Assembly (NCBI GenBank): GCA_001643675.2
Contig: LSRY02000026.1
Location: 1,240,001 to 1,304,000, forward strand
Length of the DNA stretch: 64,000 nucleotides
DNA from: Monocercomonoides exilis PA203
Lineage: Eukaryota > Protista > Preaxostyla
Direction: 5' to 3'
How positions within the stretch are numbered: the stretch's first letter is position 1; each line of letters opens with the position of its first letter. The position numbers and the translations under genes were made by a program. The notes below the pieces were generated by a model that saw nothing but the letters and a program-made list of their open reading frames with translations, made no database searches and was not told the origin of the DNA. This document shows positions 31,500 through 46,032 of this stretch, piece by piece.

Positions 31500-34400
31500 C
31501 ATCGACCGGAGCGATGTACGATATCGAGAGGTGGCTGGGGTGTATGAAAATCAAAAGATTTCGTAACTGATGAAGCAACAGACGCTTCAAGGGATATGTT
31601 GTGGCTCGGCGGGGAGTGCTGAATGGAGGTGTTACGTGTGCATACGATGTGATGCTTTCTGCGATGCTTTTGGTTCTGCTGGTAGCGCAGATTCTGTCAC
31701 ATTCAGCGTCTGTGGGAATGAAGTCGGTGAGTAAGTGGATCGTTGCAGCGGCAAATGTAGGTGCGCTCCCATTGATCTACGATCTATTTGAACCGTCGCT
31801 GCTGCCGTCTGTGATAGCGCGGCTGGTGTCGCAATCGCTGCAGTCGAGGCGTGTGGTAGAAAAGCTGGAAGGCAAATTGATGGGATGAAGGAGAAGAGGA
31901 AAGGAGTGAAGAGAAAAAGATTGAAGAGGAAGAAAAGGAGAGAGCGAAGAATGAGAAGAAGGGGATTGAGAAGAGACTGGTTTCGCTGACACAAATGATC
32001 GGGATAGAGCGGATTGTCCCACTACGTGATGTGAGCGAGAAGATGGTGATGAAGGAAGGGAAGGCGATTCTGTCTGCAGATTGTCCTTGTGGGGAATATG
32101 AGCTATTTGAGTGGGCGACGGGGCTGCGGACGTCTATTTCGCTGAATGAGTCATGAAAGATGGTTGAAAACAACGAGAAAGATGGAATGAAGGGTGAAAA
32201 CATTATCGAAAAATCGAAAGAAGAAATCAATTGCGGTGTGAGACAGGACAATACATCGCTTCTAAATGGTATGCGGAAGACTTGGTGACGAGGAGGTGAT
32301 GCTGCAGTTGTGATTGTGGGAGTTAGGCAGATGAGAGAAGGAGCGGAAGCAAGAAAAGTGGAGGTGACTTTGAGCAACTGCACAGTGATTACGCGTGTGC
32401 ATGTGTTTGGGAGTGTGCTTGCGCAGGTGTTTGATGCAGAGATGCAGCTGACGGGGTTGGAGTAAGGAAGTCAGGCAGAGGTGGATACATCAAAGGTGGT
32501 GGGGTCGTTCTTCACGTCGGACAAGAGGCTGGGCACAGAGCAAGAATACATCCAGCGAAGATAGACGTCAGCAGTGCGACTGGGGAACACGCTGGATGCG
32601 CCTTCTGTGCTGATGCACAGGGTTGTGACGCAGGAGACTTAGAGGAAGGAGGCAAGTGCATTTGCAGGGGATCTGATCTGCGGAGGAGCAGCAAGCGGAG
32701 AGATGATGATAGACATGTTGGCGAGGAAGAAGAAGAAGATGATGATGAACGTTGTGATAGGAGAGGGAATGGGAGCAGCGCAGAACTGGAGGAGAAGTGT
32801 TTCAGACTGGAAGAACATCAACTTTTTGGAGGTTACAAGTGCAGTTGTGCTGAACGAAGCACCATAGGAAGGAAAGAGGAGGCGTGCGGTTATCCCGAAG
32901 GAAGTGATTGCAGGGAAAGGGCAGAGCACTGTTTCAGTGGTGGCGACAGATGATGAGCATGTGGTGGAGAAGGTGGTGGGTGTGGATCTGAGTCCGTTAC
33001 GTGGGAGATCGAAAACGGAGGGAAGAGAAGGAGAAGAAGAAGGATGATTGAGGGAAATGCAGCTGATGAATGTGTTTGACCCGAAGAAGAATGTTTTACA
33101 GAAGATGCACTCGGAGCTGATTCTGAAAGAAAGTGTTGAAAAGAAGATATTGTGAAGCAATTGATGAAAACGAAGAGGAAGAGAAAAAGGAAGAAGAAAA
33201 GGAGAAAGAAGAGAAGGAGAAGAATTGCTGGAGAGGAGTTTGAGGAGGTGTGTGGCGTCTGTGGAGAAAGTGAATGAGAAGCTGAAATCGCAAGAAAGAG
33301 TCAAGAAATTAGAGAAGAAACTGTTTGAGACAGCTAATCAATTGAGATTAGTTGTTGGTGGTTTCATTGATGCAGAAGAAGAAGAAGAAAGAGGAAGAAA
33401 GAGCAGTGTGAAAGGAGCATCGGGACGAGCATTCAACAAAGGAGGGGATTTGGGGAAGATGGAAATGCAGGTGAGGACGATGGAAGGGAAGATAATTCGA
33501 GTTTGTGTGACGAAGAAGACTACTGTGGAGGAGCTGAAGGAACTTGTGCGGAAGAAAGAAGGGATTCCGCTTGACATGCAGAAGATTGTCTTCAACGATG
33601 TGCAGCTGAGTGACATGCGCACGATGAGCGGGTGCTTCATCCGGAACGACGAAGAGCTGAAGCTGATGCCGTGTCTGCTGGGGGGTGCAATGGATGTTCA
33701 AGGGCAGATGGTGCAGATGGAGAAAGGATCGAGGCCTGGAGCGAGAATGGCAATGCCGATGGTCGGGATGGCTAGGGCAGGTGCGGAGGCAGGATAAGGG
33801 CAGAGGCCGAGAATATCGATGCAATCGAATGCATGGCAGAGGATAAGCAATGCTGGCGTGATGCCTCGTTGGGCAAATTATTTTTGTGGCTCTTTCTTTA
33901 TGGCTATTCCATCAGATCCTCAGATGGCGATGCCTATGGGAATGCAGATGACAGCAGAGAATGTGCACTATGGCTTCACTTCTGCTTTAAGTGGCTCTTG
34001 CGACTTTTCTGCAGATGGTGGTGCTTGTGCTGAGGAAGAAGAAGAGATCGCTCCAGTTGCGAAGTTCCAGCAGGTGGTGAACACGAAAGAATACCGAGAG
34101 AACCAATATCATCGTTTGGCGTCATCTCGTTCTGTGCTGATTGAGTGGAACCATTTCTTCCTGGACTATGCGCGACATCTGTTTGGGTGTGTCGGGGAGG
34201 AGATGGGCAGGGATGCGCGCGAGTGTGGGAGGGCCGTTCATTTTGTGTCAGCGAATGTGATTGAATACACTGATTCATTTGCGTCAGTGGCGTTTGCAGC
34301 CGCGCTGACAGATGTTTGTGTGCATCCTGTTTGTGTGGAAAAGGCGATTGAGATGAGGGGAGGAAGTGCGAGTGCGTCTATTTGGAGCAAGGACACAGCT

Positions 34401-34970
34401 GTGGTGCTGTTTGTGAAGGAGATGGAGGAATTTGAGGGAGGGAAGGAAGGAACTGAAGAAGGAGAAGGAGAAAAGGAAAGAGAAAGAGAAAGAGAATAAG
34501 AGAGACAAGTGAGGAAACAAGGGCTGCAGTTGAATGGCTTGGGGAAACGAGTGGAGATGAAACAGGTGGTTGTGTAGGAGTTTGTGTATAACGTAAGCGA
34601 AGAGTGGGAGATGAATGAGGAAGGGAGGAAGGCGAGGAAGTATGCGGAGTGGGAGAAGATGCTAGCGGGGAGGGTGTATGTGTGCGATGTGGTGCTGACG
34701 AACACGACGGCAGCGCAGAGGTCGATGGAGGTGCTGATGCAAGTGCCAGGACGGTCAATTGTGCTGCAAAGGGGCAGTGCGACGAGGACACGGAGCGTTG
34801 TTCCGGGTGCGTATGGGACGCAGACGGTGTCGTATGTGGTCTATTTCCCGGAGAGTGGGGAGTTTGTGCACTATCCTGCGTTGGTGGCGATGCGGGGGGG
34901 GGGGGTATGTGTGCTGCAGCCGAGAGGGAATGCACCGGGTGAGGGCGGAAGCAGAAGGTGTGGCTGGTGA
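31500..34970 (+). pseudogene. AbpF-like (Dictyostelium actin-binding protein F-type) large-protein pseudogene with embedded ubiquitin-like domain
   Basis: GC-richer intronless coding-like block with many stops. Segments TKEYRENQY..WNHFFLDYARH..FVSANV and GRVYVCDVVLTN..EVLMQVP..YFPESGEFVHYPA recall AbpF-type proteins. Ubl at ~33459-33686 (MEMQVRTMEGK..KEGIPLDMQKIVF..LLGG). Confidence 0.55.
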
Positions 34971-36410
34971 TAAAGATAAAGCAAGCTTGTCACAGGAGAA
35001 AAGATGTTGCCATATGTGTGGAATACAACATCACCAGCCGAGTGCAAAAAGTTCGAGAAGAAGAAAAAGTCGAGACACTCGATCCGTTCGTTCGAACAGG
35101 TTTCAAAGATTGTAGGGCGGCGCTGATGAACGAGTCTAGATGGTTGAATGCAGAAGACGGAGACTCAAGCGGGTTGATGCTCACGCTGGTTGCGCTTAAC
35201 ATTTTTTGATGTTTTCTGGGTCACTTCTTCAAATACACTCCATTCAATAACAACATCTTGTTCAACTTCATTTTTTAACTCTTTTTGAACTCTTTCAAAT
35301 GCTCAATTCACTTACTCCTTCCGGCTAAATATTCTTCATCGTCAAATTAAAAATGTTAAAAATTGTTATTGACAACATGAAATATTTCCCTCTGAAAATT
35401 CACCGATCGTTGTAATAGTTATATGCAGAAGTTATATTTTTTGAGAATATTGCAACAAAAAAACGGATTCAAAAAATCCAAATATAAATTAAACTTTAAA
35501 GAAAAAACAAATTACAAATAACCAATTATAAAAATGCTTCTTTTGCTCAAATTTTTGTGAGATGTATTTGCTTATACAAAAAGTTGATATCAATTCTGAG
35601 ATTTGAAAATTTCTGATTGAATAAAATTTTATATACGTATCTTAATATTTAATTTTCTCGAAAAAGAATCGAAACATCCATTGTAAATTTTGTAAACATC
35701 TATTTTCAAGATAGATCAAAAAGAAAAAACTCTAATTCACCAAAAATCAGCAATTGTAATTCTTATGAGATCAAAAAACATAACTTTTTAAATCTGATTG
35801 ATTGTCGACCAAATGAAGTTTGTAACATGTTTTAAAATATTATCACGATAACATTTGTTTTTCAAGAATAACGGAAACTGAATGAAAAAAAACAATGTCG
35901 ATGTTTCAAAATTATGATAAAAAGCTACAATTCAAGTTTAAAATAAAGGATTTCGAAGAGTTTCACGAGAGATTTAAGCTTTATTGATTTTTAGATGATT
36001 TCCGTTCAAATTCTTATTGAAAAATTTTCGAACCAAAAAAAATCAGACCGAAAATTTTGACAGATAAAGTATGATCCCAAAAAGAATTACCCATATGTAT
36101 TGGAAAAAGAATGAAAAAGATGAAACAAATGAATGTGTACCGAAAAGAAAAACATTAACAGTGTTGATAGTATTTGATATGGGTGATTGTTTTAAAGTTC
36201 GATTTTTCTCTATCATCATTTTCGGTTTGAGAATTCACCAAGAATAGAGATAAAGGAACATTGCGAAGTTGTTACTTTTTTTTAAGATAATTATTTATAA
36301 ATACATTCTTTTACGTCGTCTTTTAAACAAGTATCATGATTTTAATCTTTTCAAAGAAAAAATCCTCATCAAAGAAAATAAACATTTGAAAAAGCAGCAC
36401 CCTGAAAAAA

Positions 36411-36660
36411 TATATGGGTGATTCTTTTTGAAAAGTCACAAATGTTTAATTTTCAAATATATCAAAAATTTCATTTATTGTTCAAATTATTGTTTCAGCT
36501 CACAAATCTCCTCAAGAATGTTTGAAATAGCATTCTTAAGAAATCGATTCCATTTATGTGGAGTTTGATATTTGTTAACAAAATATTTTGCAAAATATGT
36601 AATTTTTGATTTATTTGAAAATTAAACATTTGTGACATTTCAAAAAGAATCACCCATATG
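36411..36660. mobile_element. ~250-bp MITE with ~58-bp TIR (TATATGGGTGATTCTTTTTGAAA...), Tc1/mariner-like
   Basis: 36412-36470 is an inverted repeat of 36601-36659. Related ends at ~18071, ~36070-36097 and ~36177. Confidence 0.6.
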
Positions 36661-37846
36661 ATTTTTAAAATAAACGCCCATATTTTTGGGCGATTATTTT
36701 TGAAATCACATCTTTATTCGGAGTGTTGATATTTCAAACATTGTTTATCATTGAGTATTGAATTTATATTCATATGCAAATTCATAATATCTGTTTCAAA
36801 AACAAATACTTAGCTCAAATAAAGATGCGGACGAACTTATTTAAGCCTTTTCATTTTTCATCGTTAACTTAAAAGCTTTTGCGACAAATTGATTATTCGA
36901 AAAATTTCAAAGCAATAATACGAAATCAAAAATAATACCCAATTTATTACCGTATTTTTTTGGACACGCTTGTGTCCATATACTCTCCTGGATTTCACAA
37001 TCTTCGTTGTAAATGTCAACTTTTCCTGATTCGATTTGGAGAATGCACGCGTTATCATCTCCTTCTTCATCGCAAATATCTCGGGGGTTAAAAGCAACTG
37101 TGTATTTGTAATATTGAAATATTTAACAAATGAGGTGATCTACATTTTTTTTTCTCGGCAGTTCAGTTATTAAGAAAAAAAAACATTAATTAATTTATCA
37201 TCAATTCCATCAAAATGTTATGATCGATAAAAATGAAATTATCAAATTTTATTCACATTGAATCGCATTCCTGTTTCAGTATTTTCGAATTCACAAATTA
37301 AAAAAACTTTCAAATGTTGTCAACCATAAGCTCTCAAACACTTACACATACACAACTCATTACTGTTAATTATCGTTCCTTCCAATATAAAAACTTCAAA
37401 AAAGAGCATTAGAATCTCCTTTTTTTCTTTTATTAACTCAAATGATATTATATTTAACCATTTCATCATATCATTTCTTTCCGTTGAACCTAAATAAACA
37501 AATTTTTGTTACATTCTTCCTACACGCTCCCTAATGTTGTTTATTTTTCCACAATTAATTGCATCATCAATTTCCAAAACAATATCTTCTTTTCCGAGTA
37601 TTAGTCTCACACTCAAAATGAGAATTCATGATAATGATGTAGAAACAATATGCAAATAAGCTATTGTTTAACGACAAACTACTGTCTGATATGAGCGTTA
37701 ATCAATTCATATTTTGGGTCAGAAATTAAATATCTGCGACACATTGAAAAATAGTTAACTCACGACAGTCATTGCCCGGAAGTAACATGAGTACCGTAGG
37801 TATATACCACATGAAAAATAATCACGATACTACCCATTGTTCATAA

Positions 37847-37915
<69 letters not shown>

Positions 37916-38381
37916 AATTATAAAATCCATTTGTATAATATAAAATGGATTTCAAAAACAAATCAGTTTTTCTTTGCATTTCGAGTTTTAAAATCGAAAT
38001 ATTAATTTTTTTGTTGGATTGATAAAAAATTTTTCTATACACATCACTTCACCTAAAAAATGTTCACATCCAAAGGCATGTGCTGCAGATGTTAATCAGA
38101 AATAATAAAGAATAAGAAAAATAATGTTGTTTTTCAGATGATAAATATTTTGAAATATCCTTCAAATATTTAATGAATTTACTGCAAGCCGAACACCTCC
38201 TTTATTTTTTGTTTCGTTGACTAGGGTGAATTTCAAATTTTTTCTTAATGATGTTCATTTTTTCGTATAATAAAATAAGATGATATTGATCAATCTCTCC
38301 ACACTTTCTTTCAAATCTTGAACGGGCTTATTACAATAAACAAAATCTGATGTCTTATTCGGAACAAAAGACATGACTTAT

Positions 38382-38438
<57 letters not shown>

Positions 38439-39396
38439 GTTGAATGATTTGAATAATCAAAACTTATATAAACTTATTTTTTTTTTTGTAAATGAAAAAA
38501 TCTAAAAAACTGTATCTTTGATCTTTTCGCATAAAAATTTCAACAACTTTAGATTTTCTGATGCTGATTTGAACAAAGAATATCTTTCAGCCATATTTAT
38601 TGTTGTTTTAATCATAAATATTTCAATATTATTTTTAAAAGTAAAGAGTGAATTTGCGAAAACTTTTCTTGAAGAAAGAAAAAAGAATTGAATAAAATAC
38701 TAGGACGAACATTTCATTATAAAAATAATGTTACGTTGTTTGTTCTTCATATATAATTTGTTTCACCAGCATTATTTCAAAATGAGAATTTTTGCAAACG
38801 AATTATTAATTAAACAAACGAAATTACGAAATTTGTTCAAATAAACAAAAATAAAGACAAAATTAGAATTTTTGCAATAGATATGAAAATCTCTCATATA
38901 TTTATTAGAATAAAAAATTTTTGAAAAAATAATTCTTTAGCGAAAAATTGAAAGTTTTCAAAAATATTATTCACACACACAAGAAGATTATTCCAATACA
39001 CAATTTGTGCAAATACATGAGTCAATATGGTTTTAAAACATTTTCGTAATTGTGAACAAAATTTTATTTTTTAAGAATTGATGATTAATTTGCATTCAAA
39101 AATTATTTATTTTACAACTCAAAAATTCTCGTTTTATTTGCAAAATTATTATTTTGAATGCAAAGTTTATTATTATAGATAATAACTGTTGTTATTAATA
39201 TTGTGAAAAAAAAAGGTAAAAAAAATCAAAACTTCATTTAATGGTTGTGCTTAACAAACACTAATGAAAATCAAAAACAAATAAATTAAATAACAGATAG
39301 AAAAGTCATGCCGCATTAACATCAATTATTAATCGATGAAATTGAAGCAGTGCTCCTAATAATGACTATTTTTGCTCAAAAAAAAACTAAAAGATT

Positions 39397-39470
39397 CGCC
39401 CGCTGAGGGGGTCGAACCCTCGACCGTTAGATTAAGAGTCTAACGCTCTACCGTACTGAGCTAAGCGGGC
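39397..39470 (-). tRNA. tRNA-Lys (CTT)
   Basis: Reverse complement GCCCGCTTAGCTCAGTACGGTAGAGCGTTAGACTCTTAATCTAACGGTCGAGGGTTCGACCCCCTCAGCGGGCG, anticodon CTT, followed by a poly-T terminator. Confidence 0.95.
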
Positions 39471-39477
39471 TCAACGG

Positions 39478-42400
39478 CTAGCGTGTCAAATACCCGGGAA
39501 TAATTCCCTTTCTAATTATTAAAAAAAAATCAAACAAAAATAAATCCCATTTTGAGTTCGAAGCAAAATGTTCTTAGTGATTTTTCTTTCTAATATGAAC
39601 AAGTTGACTTGAAACAACTTATGATTCAACTGTTCATTTGAATGTTTGTAACATTTTTTCTTTGTTTTATTCACTAACTTCTAATTCTTTGATAATTGCT
39701 TTTTCATATTTTTCATTCGATTATTCGATGAATCCAAACTAACGCAAAAACAACAGATGTAATTATTCACCACAATTCATGTGGAAGAATGTACAAATGA
39801 GTTTTTATAAAATTCAACAAGTTTGTTATGTTTATTTTGTTTTGACATAAAAATTGAGTTTGTATTTTGTTTTTCTTATTGAATAAAAATATTCGCTTAT
39901 ATGAATGTTTTCGTTGATTTTCTATTACGAATTCTTTCAAGTTATAAGCAATATAAAGTCTGTACTGAAATGTGCTAACGGGGAAGTTGAAAATCCAATA
40001 TTCAATTATTTCGCCTATGTGATAACAAGTATCTTAATCAATTAACATGTAATTTAACATGACACATCTCAACATCATCCCTCTCAGTAACTGTCCACTC
40101 CTCACTGCCCAACACCACTCCGCTGCCTCCATCTGCTCCTCCACTTGCCAAGTCCAACCAGCAACAAAATCTCCACTTTTCCTCTCTGCCCATGCCTCCC
40201 TCGCACTCACAAACTTCTCCCTCGCCACCCCTCAACCAGCCATCTTCTCCTTCCTCCTCTTCTCCACACCAAACAGTCTCCTCTCAGATCCCCACTCTCC
40301 GATCCCTGCCTCCTTCTCCATCTCCCACTCCTCTTTCTCCTCATTCATCTCCCTCATCCAGCCTTTCCTTTTTTCTCCTTCTTCCCTATCTTCCCCTTCC
40401 CCTTCCCCTTCTCCATCCCTTTCCTTTTCTGCTTCATCTTTCTCATCCTCATCCTCATCATCTTCTTTTTCTTCTCCTTCTCCTTCACCTTCTCCTTCTA
40501 TTTCCTCTTCCTCTTCCCCTTCCCCTCTCCATATCCATCATCAATCCCATCCCCACCTCCAAATCCACCTCAACCTCCATTTCTCAAACACCCTTTTCTC
40601 AAACATCTCATCTCCTCAATCCCATCCATCTCTTCCATCCCTTCCTTCACACTCACTCAACCCATTCACCTCAACCACCTCTTCCTCTTCTCTCTCTTCC
40701 ACCAACACCTTCATCAATATAATCCCCTCCTTCTCTCTTCACTCTTCTTTCCACTTCCTCTCATCCACATACACTGTCTGGCACAGCTGGCTCATCCTCT
40801 CCCCTTTCTCATCTCTCCTTCGCTCCTCGTTCTCCTCTCCTCTTCACTCTGCAGGAGTCGCTGTAACTGACTTCTTTGCTCATGCACTCATCCATCAGCC
40901 TCTTACTCACGCTGAATCTTTTGCTCTTTCCTTGTCATTCGTCCATCCGCCTTTATCTGCCTTACAAACACTCCAAAGAACACAGTCTCCTTCTCATCCA
41001 TATTCATGTTCATATTCTACCTCTTCTTCTTCTTCCATCTGTTCCTCTTCTTCACTCACCCCACCTACCGGCTATGATGAAAGCCCCTCTTCCTTCGCAC
41101 CTTCTGAACAATCAAACTCACCCGACTCTCCCTCTGCCTTCCTCAGCCCCCTCTCTGCACATAAGTCTCTTTCTGTACGTGCTGCTGCCTCTCCTCTCAG
41201 AAGATCCACCGATTCTAATTCGGAAAGTTGGCTGCAGCCAATCCCGCCAACACCTTCAGACAGAATTGAAGGCATTGACGGCACAGTGGCTGTTCTCGAG
41301 ACACTAAGCGAGATCGACGAAGCACGAAGTCCTGGGTTCAAGGCACGCACAAAACAGTTCGATTATCAATATGAAAAGATCACAACACTCTCTGCGCTTT
41401 TAGCAGATAATGGACATTGCAGTGCAGATTAGAACAAGCTATTCTTCTTCATCATCATTCAAGGCATCATTGTCACATGCTTATATACCAATTTGTGCTC
41501 TAACCTTTTCTTCACATCAGATTCAAAACTTGTGTGGTATATCCAACAGCTCTCAAAACACAGGTGCATATGCAGCTGCCTCAGCCACAACTGCCCTGCC
41601 TCAGTCTGTCCTCCTCTTCTCCCCCATTATCTGCCAGTCTGCCCTCTTCCCTCTCCTCTCTCCACTCACCAAGGACATCGAGCTGCTGATCACTCCAATT
41701 CTTTCCTTTGCATCGCAGCAGAAGGAGAGCAGAGCAGACAAAACAGCCAAGCAGCACTGCATGAACACCACAAACAGCAGCCAGCTGCCCTCTCAGCTGC
41801 TCAGCAGTACTGGCTAGATGCTCAGTGGTCACCGCATCCGGAAGATCAGCGAGGCAGACAGCGCAGCCCCATTGTCTCTGACGTCGACGACGATGAACGA
41901 AGGTTTCATCACCAGCTGCGCCAGAACGTGTTCAGTCTGCTTGTCAATGCAGTCAATCCAATCATGTCTCCACTCGCATTCCACAAGGAAATGACTTCTT
42001 TGGCACAGAAAGGCTGGAAGAGAAAAGCAGTGCTTTGGGTTATCCACAGTCGGCTTCATCGTCTTCTGTATTGCTGGCTCCTGTTATGCCAACTTCTCCT
42101 TCATCTTCTTCCTCTTCTTCCACATCTTTTGCATCATCCTCGTCATCTCTTCCTCAAACAACGATGTATCTTCCCCCTTCTTTTCCCTATGCTCTTCTCC
42201 CCTCTTTCTATTCCACCTTCATTTCCCGGCACCGCTCTATTTCTTCTGTCCGTGATGCCCTCTTCCTCCTCTCCTACACTATAAAACAAGCCTCCTTCGA
42301 GCACCGCATCATCAGCGCTGCGCAAAAGCGGAACTTTCCTGATTCCATTCTTCCACCTGATATGCTCTCTCTTCTCAACACAGAAGGTGACTTTGCAGAG

Positions 42401-45400
42401 AGTAAGGACTTCTTCTCGACAGTGGATGAAGGAGAGCTGAAAAGAGCAATTGGAAATGAAAATTCACTATTATTAGCTTTACTGTTTATTTACTCAGAAA
42501 TGATGGTGTACGATTCAGATGCAAATGGTTGAGACTTTGTGTGCTCACACAATGTCTGTGGAGGAAGAAATTTCCATACAAATACCACCTTTTTCAGTCA
42601 AAGCTGCAATTCACAGCAAACAAATAAGAATCAAACAGGAAGAAACAATTCTTTATGTGAGATAAGCATCAATCCATTTGCTGATCCATCCAACGAGATA
42701 ATCGTGTCTTCTGAGCAGCAGAGGCCGCTTCAAGGAACAATCGGCGGCTTTCTGTTTGTGGCAGACAAGAATGGGATTAACGGATTCCGCAAAGCAGCTG
42801 TTGTGTCTACTCAACAGGCGAATGATCAGAAAGGGATGGGGATGATGGGGGTAGTATCAGCAGCAGCAATGGGGCTATCAACAATGGGCATTGGGATGTC
42901 CTCCTTCTCTGTGATGGCAACACAGTCACAGGCAGCATTCGCATCCATACGCGACACACAGCAGTCTGCGTGTATTCTCCCACAAACAGGCAGACACTCC
43001 TCATGTGCTCCTCTTCCTCTCTCCAATGTTCCCACTGCGATGACTGTCTCCTCCTTTCCACGTGGAGTGAGGTGGGACGGAGATGGATGCAGCGGGCAGA
43101 TCACACTTATCGACAATCTGACGTCACATGATGGCACTCAGAGGAGGGAAGCCAATCAGAGTCAGAATAGCAGCAACAACGGAACAGGGAATGAGAGGCA
43201 ACACTCTCGTTCGAACTCAACCGAAACTTCATTTTCAATAATGAAGAAGCGAAGTGGGCTGGGCGCAGATGCGATGGAGAGAGACATGTTGTGTGCCAAT
43301 CTGAGAGCTCTTTTCAGTGCGCCTGTGGTTGATCCATCAGTTTACACTGTTGTGGAAGAGCTTCCTCCATTCGAGCTGAACCAGCTGCTTCTGCACCTGT
43401 GCCTGTTCGACCCGCCCATTATCACGCGCGCTTTTCTGCCAGAAGACTCGCTTCTTGTGGTGATCGAGTGTGTGGGATTAGACGAAAACTGCCTTTCCAG
43501 TGTTGGCAATGTGCCCAGCAGTGACTGCTTCCACTGGCTGCATCGCTTTGGTACTGTTCCTTCCTTTGGCAAGTGGGATGAGCAGTACACAGACAACATA
43601 AGCAAAATATACATCCTTCAGACGGCTGTGTCTGCTGCTCCGCCTGCACAGTTCTTTGTGAATGATACTTCCACTTTCTCATCATCTTCCTCCACCACCT
43701 CATCCTCCTCCTCTTCTTCGACAGGCGCGGCTCCTTCTCGTTCAAGTTCCACATCAAAATTAACCAACGCTCCATCTGACAATACACCACCTCTTCAAAA
43801 CTCTTCCTCCACGTTGTATGTGCCCTCAGTGAGAGAAGCCATTTTTGTGATGCATCCGAGCACATCCACAATGACTCCATCTTCTTCGAGTAAAGAAAAC
43901 TACACTTCTGGTATCTCCCTCCTCCTTCTCCCAACAACCGCACAGCTTTCACCTTATTCCTCTTCCTCATTTGCTAAGCATTCTGCATTCAACTCATCTC
44001 ATCTCACTTATCTCCTCACTCTTCATCCTCCTCTTGTCGACTTTGGGCGCCCGTTTGTAATTGAGCAGCTCACCTCGTACGCCACGCCCAGGCAGCAAGT
44101 GACTGTAAAGGCGTCTTTTGAGCGATGTGGGCAGTCGATGGAAACGCGCATCACAGCCGTGCACAGACGGGGCCACGTGTTCAGCATGGCAAGGAGATGT
44201 GTGCTCAGAATGGCAAGTGCTGCTTCATCAGACGGAAAAGTCGCATCGGTGGGGATGTCAGCAGCAGCTGTGGTGAGCTTCGTGCAGGCGCTGAGTGAGA
44301 TTTTGGAAGGTGTAGCTGTTGGTGGGATGAATGTGGCACATGGATCAGAACCGAAGGCGTGCTCTTCTGCTTCTCAACTAATCTCAAAGGCAGCTTTCAA
44401 CAGAGATGAAAATGAGGATGGAGATACATTGTTGGGAGACAAAGTGCCTTCAGATGATGGGAGATTGTCTGTTCCTGCAAGAGCGCGCTCATCTTTATCT
44501 CCTCCTCCACCTCCTCAGCTTCCTTCCCTCAGCTCTTCCGTCAACCAGCTGGCTTAGCAGCATCTTAACCCCTCAAATCTTTCAGTCACAAACCCAGTTT
44601 CATGCTCCAACGAAAAGTTGTTTTAATGAAATGTATTTATCATATTTATCTGTGAAAGTTTTTTATAGAAAAATGCAGAAAACCTGAACACTTCTTCAAG
44701 TTGAAATATCGAAATAATCGATTGAAATTTTCTTTCAAAAAAAGTTATGATATTTCTATTATGGAAACGAATAAAAGAGCCTTAATCAAGTTATTGTTAA
44801 TATTCCCCCTTTGCTTTATTTTTGCGATGAGGAAAAAATAGATGAATATTTAGAAAATGAAAATCATCAAGAAGATGCAAGATAGAAGGCTGCCGAAGTA
44901 GAGAATGATTCAATGACGCTTGATAACAATGCTGTTGGAATCAATGAAGTCAACAGGGAAGAGATGTTGCTTGAATTGTTGGATGCAATGGAATCGAAGA
45001 AGCCAAGGCATGCAGATTTATTTAAGAACGGATTTGTTACGAAAAGCAGTATCTATCGTGCTGCAAAGGCAAGGAAGGAAGGGACATCTGCAGAATAAAA
45101 CGACGCCCAATTCTGAACAGGCGAAACAAATCTTCATTCTTCTCAAACATTAAAGATTAAATACAACCTGGTGACTTTCCGTGCGCATAACATGTGAGAC
45201 ATAGTTGGATTTTTCTTTCTTTTTTTTAAAAGTTTTGGATTTGTATCTTTTTGTTTGTATTTAAAAAGCAATAGACGTAGAAGCTGAATTTCAACACAAG
45301 TCAACTCCAAATTTTTAAGTGTACTGCACTTGGCAATATTCTTTTATCAATTCGAATGAGTACCTTCACTTGGTCCATCTTATCCATTTGTCAGTTGAGA

Positions 45401-46032
45401 GAGCTACTCATTCAACAAGTAATGCCTTTTTCTTGGTTTGAAAAAAAGACAGACATTTATTTGATGAGCATCAGAACAAATCGGAATTAATTTATAATTT
45501 GGATGAAGTGTCTTCATTTGCATCTGATGTCAAGCCCTTTTTTGTAATCAGCTTTAAATGATCAAAAATTAAAGAAAAGCCTAAGTCTTTTCTTGCCCTT
45601 AGGTGAAAATTCTGTACACAATTTATGTTATTTGAATATTTTCAACTGTTTTTTTATAAGGGATTGGTGAGAAATTGTTTATTGTTTCAAAAATTATACG
45701 CTTTATGTTTTAAATCATTGTTTTTTTTTCTTTCTGTTTTGATACATGTTATTTTTCAAGTTTCATTTTCAATCAAGTTGGAATTCAAATTATTATTTTG
45801 AAACGTTTATTTTTTAATGAATGAGATAGAAATAAATTTATTTATTTTATTTTTCAAAAATTTTCTAATTTTTTTGAAACAATGCGATGTTTGAAATTTT
45901 TTTATTAATAATAAAAGCATTTCCATGTCAATTGGTTAATAAGACATTAAAAATACTCTTCAGAAAAAAAAATAAAATAAAAAATAATCGAGTTCCGGGT
46001 TTATGACACGTCCCGGATTTTTTACACACTAG
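39478..46032 (+). mobile_element. Cargo-carrying pogo/Fot1-like element, copy A (internally deleted transposase)
   Basis: Left end CTAG-CGTGTCAAATACCCGGGA, right end TCCCGGATTTTTTACACA-CTAG. Same architecture as 48378-55393. Transposase remnant at ~44800-45560 lacks the catalytic region. Confidence 0.82.
40059..44557 (+). pseudogene. Cargo gene of pogo-like element A: Ser-rich protein of unknown function, frame-disrupted
   Basis: Overlapping ORFs 40059-41432, 41410-41817, 41493-42284, 42035-42532 and 42539-44557 look like one broken reading frame; near-identical to 48960-53454. Confidence 0.6.
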
